From Candidatus Poribacteria bacterium (GTDB lineage Bacteria; Poribacteria; WGA-4E; WGA-3G), in assembly GCA_965215265.1 (NCBI GenBank), contig OZ244048.1, positions 512,001-576,000 on the forward strand: a stretch of 64,000 nucleotides of DNA. Reading direction: 5' to 3'. Positions 52,477 to 61,903 of the stretch are shown piece after piece. Position 1 is the first letter of the stretch, and every line of letters starts with the position of its first letter. Position numbers and translations under genes: made by a program. Under the pieces are notes generated by a model. It was given only the letters and a program-made list of their open reading frames with translations, was not told where the DNA came from and ran no database searches.

Positions 52477-54222
52477 TCAATCCTTTTCCTGCCCGAAGGG
52501 AAGTTCTCCTCGCTCGCGGGAGGAATCCCCATCGCTCTGGTTAGTAAAATTAAGGTGCCGTCTCAGAATGCTCTGATGTCCCTGCTCGTTTTCGAGCCGG
52601 TAAATCACCGTATAAATGCCAGGAACCGTTTGGAACGCTGAAGAGTCAAGCCTGGGTGTGAATTCAAACTGGGTTGAGTCATTTTGTGGAATGGCCCGAT
52701 GTTCTGTGAATGGCCCGTAGCACCTTTCACCGAGAGGGTTAAGGACTTTCCAAGTTAGTGTCAACCGTTTCGGGTGCGGCGGGTTGTTAAAATACACCGT
52801 GATGTTATCGCCGACGCTGCCACTCCCGACACGCAGCGTGCCTAATTGAGAAAACATCTTTTCTGTCAAGGGTAACGGTGGAATGTATTCAAGGTAACCT
52901 TTGCCAGGGATAACGCGCCAAGTGCCGCCTGTTGCCATCGCAATTTGTTTAATAGGTAGATAATCGAGCCCAATAACGTCAACCCGAATCTCCTGGCGTT
53001 GTAGGGTTTCAATCACGGTGTCTAAGCTATATGGCGATCTGCCGTTGTAGTCTGCATCGTGAAACGCTGCATCGCTGGCAAGCACAAACAACCGTTGTGC
53101 ACCCTGCCGGAACTTGCTATGTGTCATCGCTGCCATTAACGCGTCCAATCCGGCTTCTGACAGATCTCCGCCGCCATCCGTTCCTATTTCAAACAGCCAG
53201 TTTCTAAAGGTCCCCGAGTCATCGGTGCGTTTATATGTTCTTATTTCATCGCTAAACACAACCAACCCAAAGGTTGCATCGTGCCCATCCAATCTTAGGG
53301 CATCAAAAAGAAAATGCACATAAGCCCGGATGCCACGGATATTGTCTACCATGCTCGCTGTCTCATCAAGAATAAAGACAACGTCGATTTTTTCAGCCGT
53401 TGCAGCACGGGCGAGTTCGTGCGCGAGCGCCTTCATCATAGAAACGTATCTTCCTCCAACATTCGCAGCCCCCGACGTGCTACCACCGCCCCGGGTGTTG
53501 CCCATACCCGTTGCTCCGAGCGCGTCCCCCCGTCTCCCGCCATAATAAACATTCGGTGTATCCACCGTTGGCGAAACTACGCTGAGTCCTTCCGCTCTGC
53601 CTAAAGTTATTTGGAAGTCCGCCCCTTGTGGCTCCCACCCGCCCAACTCCTCTGTCCTCGAGGACAGAGAAAGAAAGGGGATTCCTCCCCGCTTGCGGGG
53701 GAAGGGAAGTTCTCCCCGCTTGCGGGTTGGTAAGTTTGGATTCCGATTCTTGCTAACCGACGGAACCTGAGAAACCTTTCCCACAGAAACTTTGCGAACC
53801 CGACCTGTTGGCCCCATATTCTCATCGTGATTTTCTGTGAACCAACTTGTGTTGGAGCTGGGTTGCGGTTTTGACAGTTCGGGTACCGCCTCCGTAACAG
53901 AAGTTACAGCGGGTTCAACCGATTTCGGCGGTTCAACAATAATCGGTTCTGGCTCCCGCCCACCCGAATCCTTAGTCGGCTTAATGGAGTCTATCCATAT
54001 TTCTTGTCCATTAAAAAACGGTGCTTGTAATTCAGACTTTGGTGCGAACTGCCAAAGCACTGACATCAGGATGAGGTGAATGAGCAATGAGTATATCAGA
54101 TATGGGGTTTTTCGAGTTTTCATGAGAATTTTCCAGGATATTTCGTTTTCTGGCTCCCACCCGCCCAAATCCTTCTTTCGAGTTTTCATGAGAATTTTCC
54201 AGGATATTTCGTTTTCCGGCAC
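52477..54222 (-). CDS. Membrane-anchored VWA domain protein with in-frame repeat insertions
   Basis: SLLIHLIL transmembrane segment; MIDAS-like DVVFILDETASM, GGGDLSE..LDAL and LASDAAFH. Confidence 0.8.
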   Translation of the reverse strand: MPENEISWKILMKTRKKDLGGWEPENEISWKILMKTRKTPYLIYSLLIHLILMSVLWQFAPKSELQAPFFNGQEIWIDSIKPTKDSGGREPEPIIVEPPKSVEPAVTSVTEAVPELSKPQPSSNTSWFTENHDENMGPTGRVRKVSVGKVSQVPSVSKNRNPNLPTRKRGELPFPRKRGGIPFLSLSSRTEELGGWEPQGADFQITLGRAEGLSVVSPTVDTPNVYYGGRRGDALGATGMGNTRGGGSTSGAANVGGRYVSMMKALAHELARAATAEKIDVVFILDETASMVDNIRGIRAYVHFLFDALRLDGHDATFGLVVFSDEIRTYKRTDDSGTFRNWLFEIGTDGGGDLSEAGLDALMAAMTHSKFRQGAQRLFVLASDAAFHDADYNGRSPYSLDTVIETLQRQEIRVDVIGLDYLPIKQIAMATGGTWRVIPGKGYLEYIPPLPLTEKMFSQLGTLRVGSGSVGDNITVYFNNPPHPKRLTLTWKVLNPLGERCYGPFTEHRAIPQNDSTQFEFTPRLDSSAFQTVPGIYTVIYRLENEQGHQSILRRHLNFTNQSDGDSSRERGELPFGQEKD

Positions 54223-54236
54223 ATCTATAATACGTT

Positions 54237-55190
54237 CTACAGATGAAATTCCACCACATCACCATCATAAACTACATCGTCGCGGCTGACAGATTGCCCG
54301 GCGTGCCATTGCGGTCCCCATATCCTTGCGAATTTGAATCCAGCAAAATCTTTATGTAAGCCGATGGCAGCATCTTGCACTGTTGCACCAATTGGGAGAA
54401 CGATCGGATGCTCATGCTCTAGCGGTTTTCCGGGGGCTTTTGGATAGATTCGGATAATGTTCAAGGCGTTATACATTGCTTGAAAGAGAGAATCGCTGCC
54501 GGCACCTGTTAGAGTAGAAATCGGGAGGAGTTGCTCCCCATAAAATTCCGTAAGAATTTCCAATCTATCTGCTGCACCGTCAGCATCCTGCTGGTTTGCT
54601 ACAACGAGGTGCGTCCTGTCCGTATCGGTTATAATGATGTCAGCCTCATGCAGTACTGTGAGTACCATGTCCAAATCATCCAACAGATTATCGGATGCAA
54701 GACTAAGCACAATAACCCGCAAATCCGCATGTCGAGCAAGCGTTAACACTGTTGGAGAAACAAAGTCAGGCATGATAGAAGGCGTATCGATGAGTTGAAA
54801 TTGAACATTTTGATAACGGAGCATCCCAACCGTCGGTGTTGTTGTGATATAAGGTGTCGGACCCACTTCCGGTTTTGCTTTGGTAAAAGTGGCAAGCATC
54901 TCTGATTTACCGCCATTCGGCGGACCGAGGAGTACAATTTGACCAGCGCCTTGTTTCGGAATATGCTCGCTATACCCTTTTCTGCCTCCTTTTTTGCTGC
55001 TGGATGCCGAAACGTCTCTTTTGAGTCTAGCGATGCGCTTCCGTAAATCGGATACTACTTTCTCTGAGCCTTTATGCTGGGGAACGATACGCAACATCTC
55101 CTCTAACAGCTCAAGCTGCTCAGAGTCCGTTTTTGCTGCTTCATGTTGATGCTTCAATTTATAGTAAGTTGGGGGTAGATTCGCTGGCAT
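54237..55190 (-). CDS. DRG/Obg-like GTPase with C-terminal TGS domain
   Basis: MPANLPP start, PQHKGSEK, GAGQIVLLGPPNGGKS, QLIDTP and FARIWG..DGDVVEFH. Confidence 0.85.
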   Translation of the reverse strand: MPANLPPTYYKLKHQHEAAKTDSEQLELLEEMLRIVPQHKGSEKVVSDLRKRIARLKRDVSASSSKKGGRKGYSEHIPKQGAGQIVLLGPPNGGKSEMLATFTKAKPEVGPTPYITTTPTVGMLRYQNVQFQLIDTPSIMPDFVSPTVLTLARHADLRVIVLSLASDNLLDDLDMVLTVLHEADIIITDTDRTHLVVANQQDADGAADRLEILTEFYGEQLLPISTLTGAGSDSLFQAMYNALNIIRIYPKAPGKPLEHEHPIVLPIGATVQDAAIGLHKDFAGFKFARIWGPQWHAGQSVSRDDVVYDGDVVEFHL

Positions 55191-55294
55191 TGTAGGGCTC
55201 CAAATCTTGGCTTGCAATATCTCCGAAGATCGATTAGAATCAAAACAACAATTAATCATTGACTCTTATATAGAATATCAGAAATTCCGTTCTC

Positions 55295-56899
55295 ATGTCA
55301 AGGCCAATTTACGCTTTTTTTTTAGTGGTATGTCTATTGCTTTTTCCAGAGGATGCGCGATTACAAAGCCCACCTCGGGGACGTGCTGACGAACTACTCA
55401 TCAGAGTGCAGACTGAGGCACTTCAAGCGCATGTCACAGCGTTACAAGAAAACGCAACAGTCTTTCCATATCAGTTCGCGTACCGCACACGTAACGCGCA
55501 TCATCGTGAGGCGACAGATAATGCTGTGCGTTACATTATGAGCCAGTTTCGCCGCGCCCCACGTTTACAAGTAACCGAGCAGGTTGTCGGCGGAGTCAGG
55601 AACGTTCTTGCTGTTTTGCCGCCGAAACGCAATGAAAACTCCGATTCAGGCAGCACACGTGTGTTTATTATCTGTGCGTATTATGACACGCAAGCCGTGC
55701 GGGAACCAGGGTGGAATCCATTAATTACCAGTGCACCGGGCGCGAATAAGAACGGCACGGGGGTAGCAGCGATGTTAGAAATCGCTAACCTCTTAAGTCA
55801 ATATGAATATGAACATGAACTGAGGTTTATCGCCCTAGGTGGTGAAGAAATTGGAGCACTCGGCAGTCGTTACTATGTGCATCAAGCACAGCGACAAAGC
55901 GGAACTATCGATATTCTGGAATCAGATATACATATAAAACCAGAAAACATCGTGGCGGTTTTCAACCTTGATATGCTCGGTTATAATTGGAAACGCGACC
56001 TCGTTGAAGTTGTAACCAACAAAGATTCAGCGTGGATAAGCCGGGCACTCACAATTGCCAACAAATGGTACAATATTGACTTAAAAATTCGGCGAACGCA
56101 AGATGAATTTATTAATATATCTTCGCATAAATCCTTTTGGGATGCAGGCTATAATGCTGTAACTTTGATTGAAAACTCTACACCGTGGCGAGATTCCCAA
56201 AATTACGATGCCAATCCGTTCTATCATACCTCTCGGGATACTGTCGATAAAGTTAATTTTGGTTTGGTAAGAAAAGTGACGCAGCTTGTACTGGTTACAG
56301 TGGATAGTCTTCTCACCGACATGTTCCAATCCACACGACCTGTTCCGAGAGTGACGTTAAACCTACCAGTGACCGGTACCGAGAGCCCATTCCACATTAG
56401 TGGGACCTTTCGCACTAAATTTCCAATTGATATTATCGTGCATCCCAGCAAAACGGAGGCACTCGTGGATAGAGAAACGCAAACTTACACAGCGATAGTC
56501 CCCTTATCTCCGGGAGAGAACAGTCTACGTGTCACAGCACGGTACGCGCTAGGAGCTACGTCAATCAAAAAATCCATCCTTTTGGAGCAAGCATTTGCAT
56601 GGGAAGAGGTCGTCATATTTCCGAACCCGGCGCGCTCCGATAGTTTAACCGAATTCCGCACCGAGGCAAATATTGAGATAACAGACATGGCTGTATCTGT
56701 ATATGATGCTGGGGGGAACCTGATCAAACGGATCGAAGGTGTCCGGGACCGGCGGGATTCGCGCATCTGGCGTACATGGTGGAATCAGCAGACTTCGTAC
56801 GGGTTGGCAGTGTCACCGGGGGTATACGTCTGCCATATTTCGGTGGAGGCGAAAGGTCAGACTCATACCTATATTGAGAAATTAGCGATTTTACGGTGA
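55295..56899 (+). CDS. Secreted M28-family peptidase-like protein with C-terminal FlgD-like Ig domain
   Basis: NVLAVL, APGAN.NGTG, GEEIG, NLDMLG and PFYHT..D; C-terminal FPNP..VYDAGGNLI..W..SPGVY. Confidence 0.75.
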   Translation: MSRPIYAFFLVVCLLLFPEDARLQSPPRGRADELLIRVQTEALQAHVTALQENATVFPYQFAYRTRNAHHREATDNAVRYIMSQFRRAPRLQVTEQVVGGVRNVLAVLPPKRNENSDSGSTRVFIICAYYDTQAVREPGWNPLITSAPGANKNGTGVAAMLEIANLLSQYEYEHELRFIALGGEEIGALGSRYYVHQAQRQSGTIDILESDIHIKPENIVAVFNLDMLGYNWKRDLVEVVTNKDSAWISRALTIANKWYNIDLKIRRTQDEFINISSHKSFWDAGYNAVTLIENSTPWRDSQNYDANPFYHTSRDTVDKVNFGLVRKVTQLVLVTVDSLLTDMFQSTRPVPRVTLNLPVTGTESPFHISGTFRTKFPIDIIVHPSKTEALVDRETQTYTAIVPLSPGENSLRVTARYALGATSIKKSILLEQAFAWEEVVIFPNPARSDSLTEFRTEANIEITDMAVSVYDAGGNLIKRIEGVRDRRDSRIWRTWWNQQTSYGLAVSPGVYVCHISVEAKGQTHTYIEKLAILR

Positions 56900-56993
56900 G
56901 GCTGGTTTTGCAGACATGTTTTAACCTCGTGAGTCGCAGTGTCCTTAATCCCAGAAATTCCTCTTAGCGGCGGGCTTGCGATTTCGCGCTGGT

Positions 56994-57383
56994 TTAGAAC
57001 CATGCAATATACAGGATTTCTGGGTCTCGGGAATACGGAACCATGCAATCCGCGTAGACGTAGCGTCTTTCTGACGGGTTTTCTGGATCCGGTCCCGCGT
57101 ATAAGCGTGCATTGATTTTACCGATGCTCCCGTAGTCGTAAGAGTTGATGCGGAGCTTGAACTGCGTCGGCACGATATTGCCCCAGGAGACCGTGATCGC
57201 ATTTCCATTGTCGCCGTGGAGCTCCCAAGTGAACGAGACATCGCTTGGGTTCGTCGCAGTTCGTGCCTGGTTATCGACGGCGGCGAAGACAAGGTGCGGA
57301 TCCTCTCCATACTCGTCATAGCCTGCATTCATGCAGTAGCCGGGCCAGTTGGTAGAGATGAACTGTTTTCTGTCGTATAACAC
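56994..57383 (-). CDS. Hypothetical protein or gene fragment
   Basis: 129-aa ORF in a visibly more GC-rich patch; no convincing RBS. Confidence 0.3.
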   Translation of the reverse strand: MLYDRKQFISTNWPGYCMNAGYDEYGEDPHLVFAAVDNQARTATNPSDVSFTWELHGDNGNAITVSWGNIVPTQFKLRINSYDYGSIGKINARLYAGPDPENPSERRYVYADCMVPYSRDPEILYIAWF

Positions 57384-57898
57384 GCTAAATAGAGTTGTTG
57401 ATGCGAAAATATTTGTAAGTTACATACCAAACATTGATATCTAACACGGCTGGGGAGAGTTTGGTCTGAACGTTCCCGTCCCTATCTGCTCAGAGACGCG
57501 TTCGCGGAGACGTTGAAGTTTGTACATATCCATGCTCCAACAAGGTTGAACGGTACGAAAAGGTGCAGCTTATTTTTCAAGCTGCACAAAATTGGGCAAT
57601 TTTAGCAAGTTACATGCTTCCTGCATCGCGCCATTAGCCAACGATGCCAATGCTCGCGCCATAACGAATAGGATGAGTCCGCGCTACCTGAACCTCACTT
57701 GCATTTTCTAAATTCTACTTTTGGGCTTTCCAATATAAATAGCCCTCGTGCCAGTACGTGAAAAAAAATTGACATTTTCTCAATTTTTTGTTAAGATATT
57801 AATGAGGTGAGTCAACCTTCATAATAATTCTATCTGTACCCATCTCGGCACAGACTTTTTGGTCAATGATCTTGTTAATACTAGAGAGGAAACAAAAA

Positions 57899-58222
57899 AT
57901 GCCGACTCAAGAAGAACTGTACGATGCCGCGCTCACCCTTTTTGCTGAAAATGAACTTGAGGCGGCAGTTGACGTTTTCAAAAAAATGATTGAAACCTAC
58001 CCTGACTATATCGAAGGATACGTCGGGCTTGGCCATGCTTATGAACGACTCGGGATGTACGATGAAGCGATTGAAGCTGTTCAAAAAGCGATTGAACTCA
58101 ACCCGAATGACCCGCTTGTCTATACCAGTTTATCTATCTGTTACCAGCGAAAAGGGATGATTCAGGAGGCAGAAGATGCGATGGCAAAATCGCAGCGTGT
58201 GCAGATTGAAACGTCCCGATAA
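57899..58222 (+). CDS. Small TPR protein
   Basis: GLGHAYERLGMYDEAIEAVQKAIELNPND; RBS GAGG; upstream TTGACA-17-TAAGAT at 57769-57797. Confidence 0.85.
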   Translation: MPTQEELYDAALTLFAENELEAAVDVFKKMIETYPDYIEGYVGLGHAYERLGMYDEAIEAVQKAIELNPNDPLVYTSLSICYQRKGMIQEAEDAMAKSQRVQIETSR

Positions 58223-58244
58223 TTCAGACTAAAGGAGGCTTTCC

Positions 58245-58772
58245 ATGGCAAACGTTACTTTACTCGATCCGACTTCTCAGGGCGATGCACCGACAAAATT
58301 TCTCGCACCGCGCCTAGATAGCCTTGATGGGAAAGTGATGGGCTTGCTCGATATCACGAAAAATGGCAGCGATATTTTTCTGACACGTGTTGAGGAGTTA
58401 ATGCAACACCGGTTTCAACTTGCCGGTGTTATTCACGTCAAAAAACCGACTTTTTCGAGGCCCGCGCCGATAGACTTACTTAATGACCTTGCGGAACAAG
58501 TTGACTTTGTCATTGAAGGACTCGCCGACTGAGGCTCTTGTATATCGTGCAGTATGCACGATGGAAGTGCTTTAGAAGAGCGCGGCGTGCCGAGTGTCGC
58601 CATCTGTACAGAAGTGTTTTTCGCTGCCGGTAAGGTGCAAGCTCGCGTATTGGGGCATGGTGAATTGGAACCGCTCACCGTGGCACACCCGATTCAAAGT
58701 CTTACACCAGAGCAGATTCGTGAAAGGGCAGATACCGTTGTTGATACAATTGCTGAACGGTTAATAAAATAG
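58245..58772 (+). CDS. UGSC-motif selenoprotein (in-frame UGA read as Sec)
   Basis: ORFs 58245-58532 and 58554-58772 are one frame joined by GAC-TGA-GGC-TCT-TGT, giving EGLAD-U-GSCISCSMHD. Confidence 0.85.
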
Positions 58773-58776
58773 TAAC

Positions 58777-58808
58777 AATAGGGCGGTACAGAAAGTACCG
58801 CCTTGTTT
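58777..58808. terminator. Probable bidirectional intrinsic terminator
   Basis: Stem GGCGGTAC/GTACCGCC between convergent genes, with T-rich tails on both strands. Confidence 0.6.
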
Positions 58809-58820
58809 GTATTATAAGCC

Positions 58821-61406
58821 TTAGTCTGCTGTTTGGAACACGAAATTGCCATCCGTAAAATCAGTAGTGATGGCATCGCCATCGCTGAATCGACCTTCCA
58901 ACATCTGAATCGCTAACGGATTGAGAATATGCCGCTCAATTGTTCTTCGAAGCGGACGTGCCCCGTAGACCTCGTCAAAACCGCGTTCTACGAGTTCTGT
59001 CTCTGCGGTGTCTGTCAGCGTCAACGTCATCTGCTTCTCCACGAATCGGGTGCTGAGTTGCGCCAGTTCCAGCCTCACAATCTTTTTCAATTCATCTATA
59101 CCCAGCCGCTCAAAGATAATCAGATCATCGATTCTGTTCAAGAATTCTGGTGGGAAGTGGGCTTGTAACGCCTCCATCACCTTCTGGCGAAGTGCTTTCG
59201 TCTCTAAGCCTGCGTCGCTAATCCATTGACTCCCGATGTTAGATGTCATAATGACTACCGCATTCTTGAAATCCACCGTGCGTCCATGACCGTCTGTCAT
59301 TCTGCCATCATCCAGCATTTGCAGCAGGACATTGAATACCTCTGGATGTGCTTTCTCAACCTCGTCAAGTAGGATAACGCAATACGGGTGTCTCCTGACA
59401 GCCTCGGTAAGTTGCCCGCCTTCATCGTAGCCTACGTACCCGGGGGGTGCACCGATGAGCCGGGAGACGGTGTGCTTTTCCATATACTCGCTCATGTCGA
59501 TACGTACGATTGCGTTAGCGTCGTCAAATAGGAATTCTGCCAGCGACTTGGCGAGATGTGTCTTTCCAACCCCAGTCGGCCCCATGAAAAGGAACGAACC
59601 GAGGGGTTTGCTCGGGTCTCCGAGTCCAACGCGGGCACGTCGAATCGCATGAGAGACTGCAGCGACTGCCTCCTCCTGTCCGATAACCTGTTCGCAAAGC
59701 CTGACTTCCATGTTCAGCAGTTTCTCTGTTTCGCCTTCTATGAGTCGAGAGACAGGAATGCCAGTCCATTTTGCCACAATTTCAGCGATGTCTTCCTCGT
59801 TCACGTGCTCTTTTAACATCTGCTTGCCGCTTGCCGAGGTCTCAACAGCATTTCGCACAGTTTCCAATTGCGCTTCCAATTGCGGAATCCTTCCGTATTC
59901 CAATTCTGAGGCTGTCGCGAGGTCACCTCTCCGTTTCGCTTGTTCTGATTCAAGGCGAAGTTCCTCTACCTGTTCCATCAGTTCTCGGATTTTAGTCAAG
60001 TTTGCCTTTTCATGTTGCCAGACTGCCTTGAGAACACTCGTTTTTTCTTTCAATTCAGCAAGTTCCGCATTCAATTTGTCTAGACGTTGTTTTGCGGTAT
60101 CGTCCTCTTCTTTTGTGAGTGCCTGTTTTTCAATTTCAAGTTGGATGATACGACGTTCGACTTCGTCAATTTCCTCGGGTACACTGTCAATTTCAATGCG
60201 GCGCCGTGATGCTGCCTCGTCTACTAGATCTACTGCTTTGTCCGGTAGAAAACGTTCTGTCAAGTAACGTTTTGAAAGTGTAGCGGCGGCAACAATGGCA
60301 TTGTCCTGAATCTGAACCCCGTGATGTGTTTCATACCGTTCCTTCAACCCGCGTAGAATGGCAACGGTATCTTCAACAGAGGGTTCTTGCACCAAAACAG
60401 GTTGGAATCGGCGTTCCAGGGCTGCATCCTTCTCAATGTGTTTTCGATATTCATCAACCGTGGTCGCGCCGATGCATCGCAACTCGCCCCGTGCCAGGGC
60501 AGGTTTTAGCATGTTAGAGGCATCGACTGCGCCTTCTGCTGCACCCGCGCCAACGATAGTATGGAGTTCGTCTATGAAAAGGATAACCTCACCCGCGGCT
60601 TGTTCTACCTCAGCAAGTACGGCTTTCAGCCGGTCCTCAAATTCCCCACGGTACTTACTCCCGGCGATGAGCGCACCTAAGTCCAAGGCAATAAGCCGCT
60701 TGTGACGTAGACTTTCTGGCACATCACCATCTGTAATGCGCTGTGCTAATCCTTCCACAATAGCTGTTTTACCCACACCCGGTTCACCAATAAGCACCGG
60801 ATTATTTTTTCGTCTGCGGGAAAGCACCTGCATCACGCGCCGGATTTCATCGTCTCTTCCGATAACCGGATCCAGTTTACCGGATATGGCTTCTTGTGTC
60901 AACTCGCGCCCAAATCGAGTGAGCGCTTGATATTTGTCTTCAGGATTCTCATCTGTTATCCTTTGGTTACCACGGATGTCTACCAATGCCTTCAGGATTT
61001 TTTCCTTCGTGACATCAGCATTCCGCAGAATCTTGCCGGATTCGCTTTGTTTCGCCTCCGTGCAGGCAATAAGGAGATGTTCGGTACTTACGTACTCATC
61101 TTTAAGCGTTGCCGCCTCTTTGAAGGCATTCTCCAAAACCGATTGAAGTGCGGATGACATGTAAAGTTCCAAGTTTGTCTGTTGTACCTTGGGTGCTTTC
61201 TGAATGGCAGCTTCAATCTCCTCGCTGATGCTAATGGGATCAGCATCGAGTTTATGAAAAATCGGCGTAACAATCCCATCAGGTTGCCGGATGAGGGCTA
61301 ACATTAGATGTTCAACGCTCAGTTCTGGGCTTTGGCTTTCTCTGGTTAAATTTTGGGCTGTCTGAAGTGCTTCACGGGCTTTGATGGTAAATTTATCGGA
61401 TCTCAT
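58821..61406 (-). CDS. clpB: ATP-dependent chaperone ClpB
   Basis: Two AAA modules ([16 protein letters not shown]), long coiled-coil middle domain and GARPLRR; RBS AGGAGG before the ATG at 61406. Confidence 0.96.
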   Translation of the reverse strand: MRSDKFTIKAREALQTAQNLTRESQSPELSVEHLMLALIRQPDGIVTPIFHKLDADPISISEEIEAAIQKAPKVQQTNLELYMSSALQSVLENAFKEAATLKDEYVSTEHLLIACTEAKQSESGKILRNADVTKEKILKALVDIRGNQRITDENPEDKYQALTRFGRELTQEAISGKLDPVIGRDDEIRRVMQVLSRRRKNNPVLIGEPGVGKTAIVEGLAQRITDGDVPESLRHKRLIALDLGALIAGSKYRGEFEDRLKAVLAEVEQAAGEVILFIDELHTIVGAGAAEGAVDASNMLKPALARGELRCIGATTVDEYRKHIEKDAALERRFQPVLVQEPSVEDTVAILRGLKERYETHHGVQIQDNAIVAAATLSKRYLTERFLPDKAVDLVDEAASRRRIEIDSVPEEIDEVERRIIQLEIEKQALTKEEDDTAKQRLDKLNAELAELKEKTSVLKAVWQHEKANLTKIRELMEQVEELRLESEQAKRRGDLATASELEYGRIPQLEAQLETVRNAVETSASGKQMLKEHVNEEDIAEIVAKWTGIPVSRLIEGETEKLLNMEVRLCEQVIGQEEAVAAVSHAIRRARVGLGDPSKPLGSFLFMGPTGVGKTHLAKSLAEFLFDDANAIVRIDMSEYMEKHTVSRLIGAPPGYVGYDEGGQLTEAVRRHPYCVILLDEVEKAHPEVFNVLLQMLDDGRMTDGHGRTVDFKNAVVIMTSNIGSQWISDAGLETKALRQKVMEALQAHFPPEFLNRIDDLIIFERLGIDELKKIVRLELAQLSTRFVEKQMTLTLTDTAETELVERGFDEVYGARPLRRTIERHILNPLAIQMLEGRFSDGDAITTDFTDGNFVFQTAD

Positions 61407-61446
61407 GGGATACCTCCTCAATGTTTTTATTTTTTCATGAATAATA

Positions 61447-61462
61447 AGCAAAATTCGTGCCA
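61447..61462 (-). promoter_or_regulatory. Sigma54 (-24/-12) promoter of clpB
   Basis: The minus strand reads TGGCAC-GAATT-TTGCT, the exact TGGCAC-N5-TTGC consensus, about 40 bp upstream of the start. Confidence 0.75.
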
Positions 61463-61903
61463 ATTTAAGTTAGCTGTGGAGAGTATTTGAAGCCGAAGAA
61501 ACCGAAAAAAATGGCACACGGCGTGCCATTTTGACAACTACAGAGCTAGTTTAACAGGTGTAATCACTGCCTGTGGTCCGTGTTTAGATAAAATCTTCTT
61601 GCATGTGCCACGGCAAAAGGTGAATTTTTACTGTCTCGGCAAACTCTCAAAGTTCAATATCCTCGCGAGTTGAATAAGGTTTCGATGATTCCGGAAGCGT
61701 CGCTCGCCAACCATAGGAGATGCTAGATTTTTGTTTCACATTTTTGAATGTGAGGTTGCATCTCTTCATTCGGACGCGCACAAGACTGATATCAAGTTTA
61801 TAGAGGGCACGGTATTCTTGGGTAGGTCTTGTGTGGTGGTTATCTGAAACCGAAGTCATCCAGCACAAGGACATATCAAAAGCCTTATAACTGTTTCATC
61901 GGG

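Noticed and set aside
59710-60705. Long antisense ORFs opposite clpB (similar ones lie opposite acnA and dnaE)
   Set aside because: Typical shadow ORFs of conserved genes.
61647-61874. 75-aa ORF between clpB and the CRTAC1-like gene
   Set aside because: No RBS or recognisable motif.
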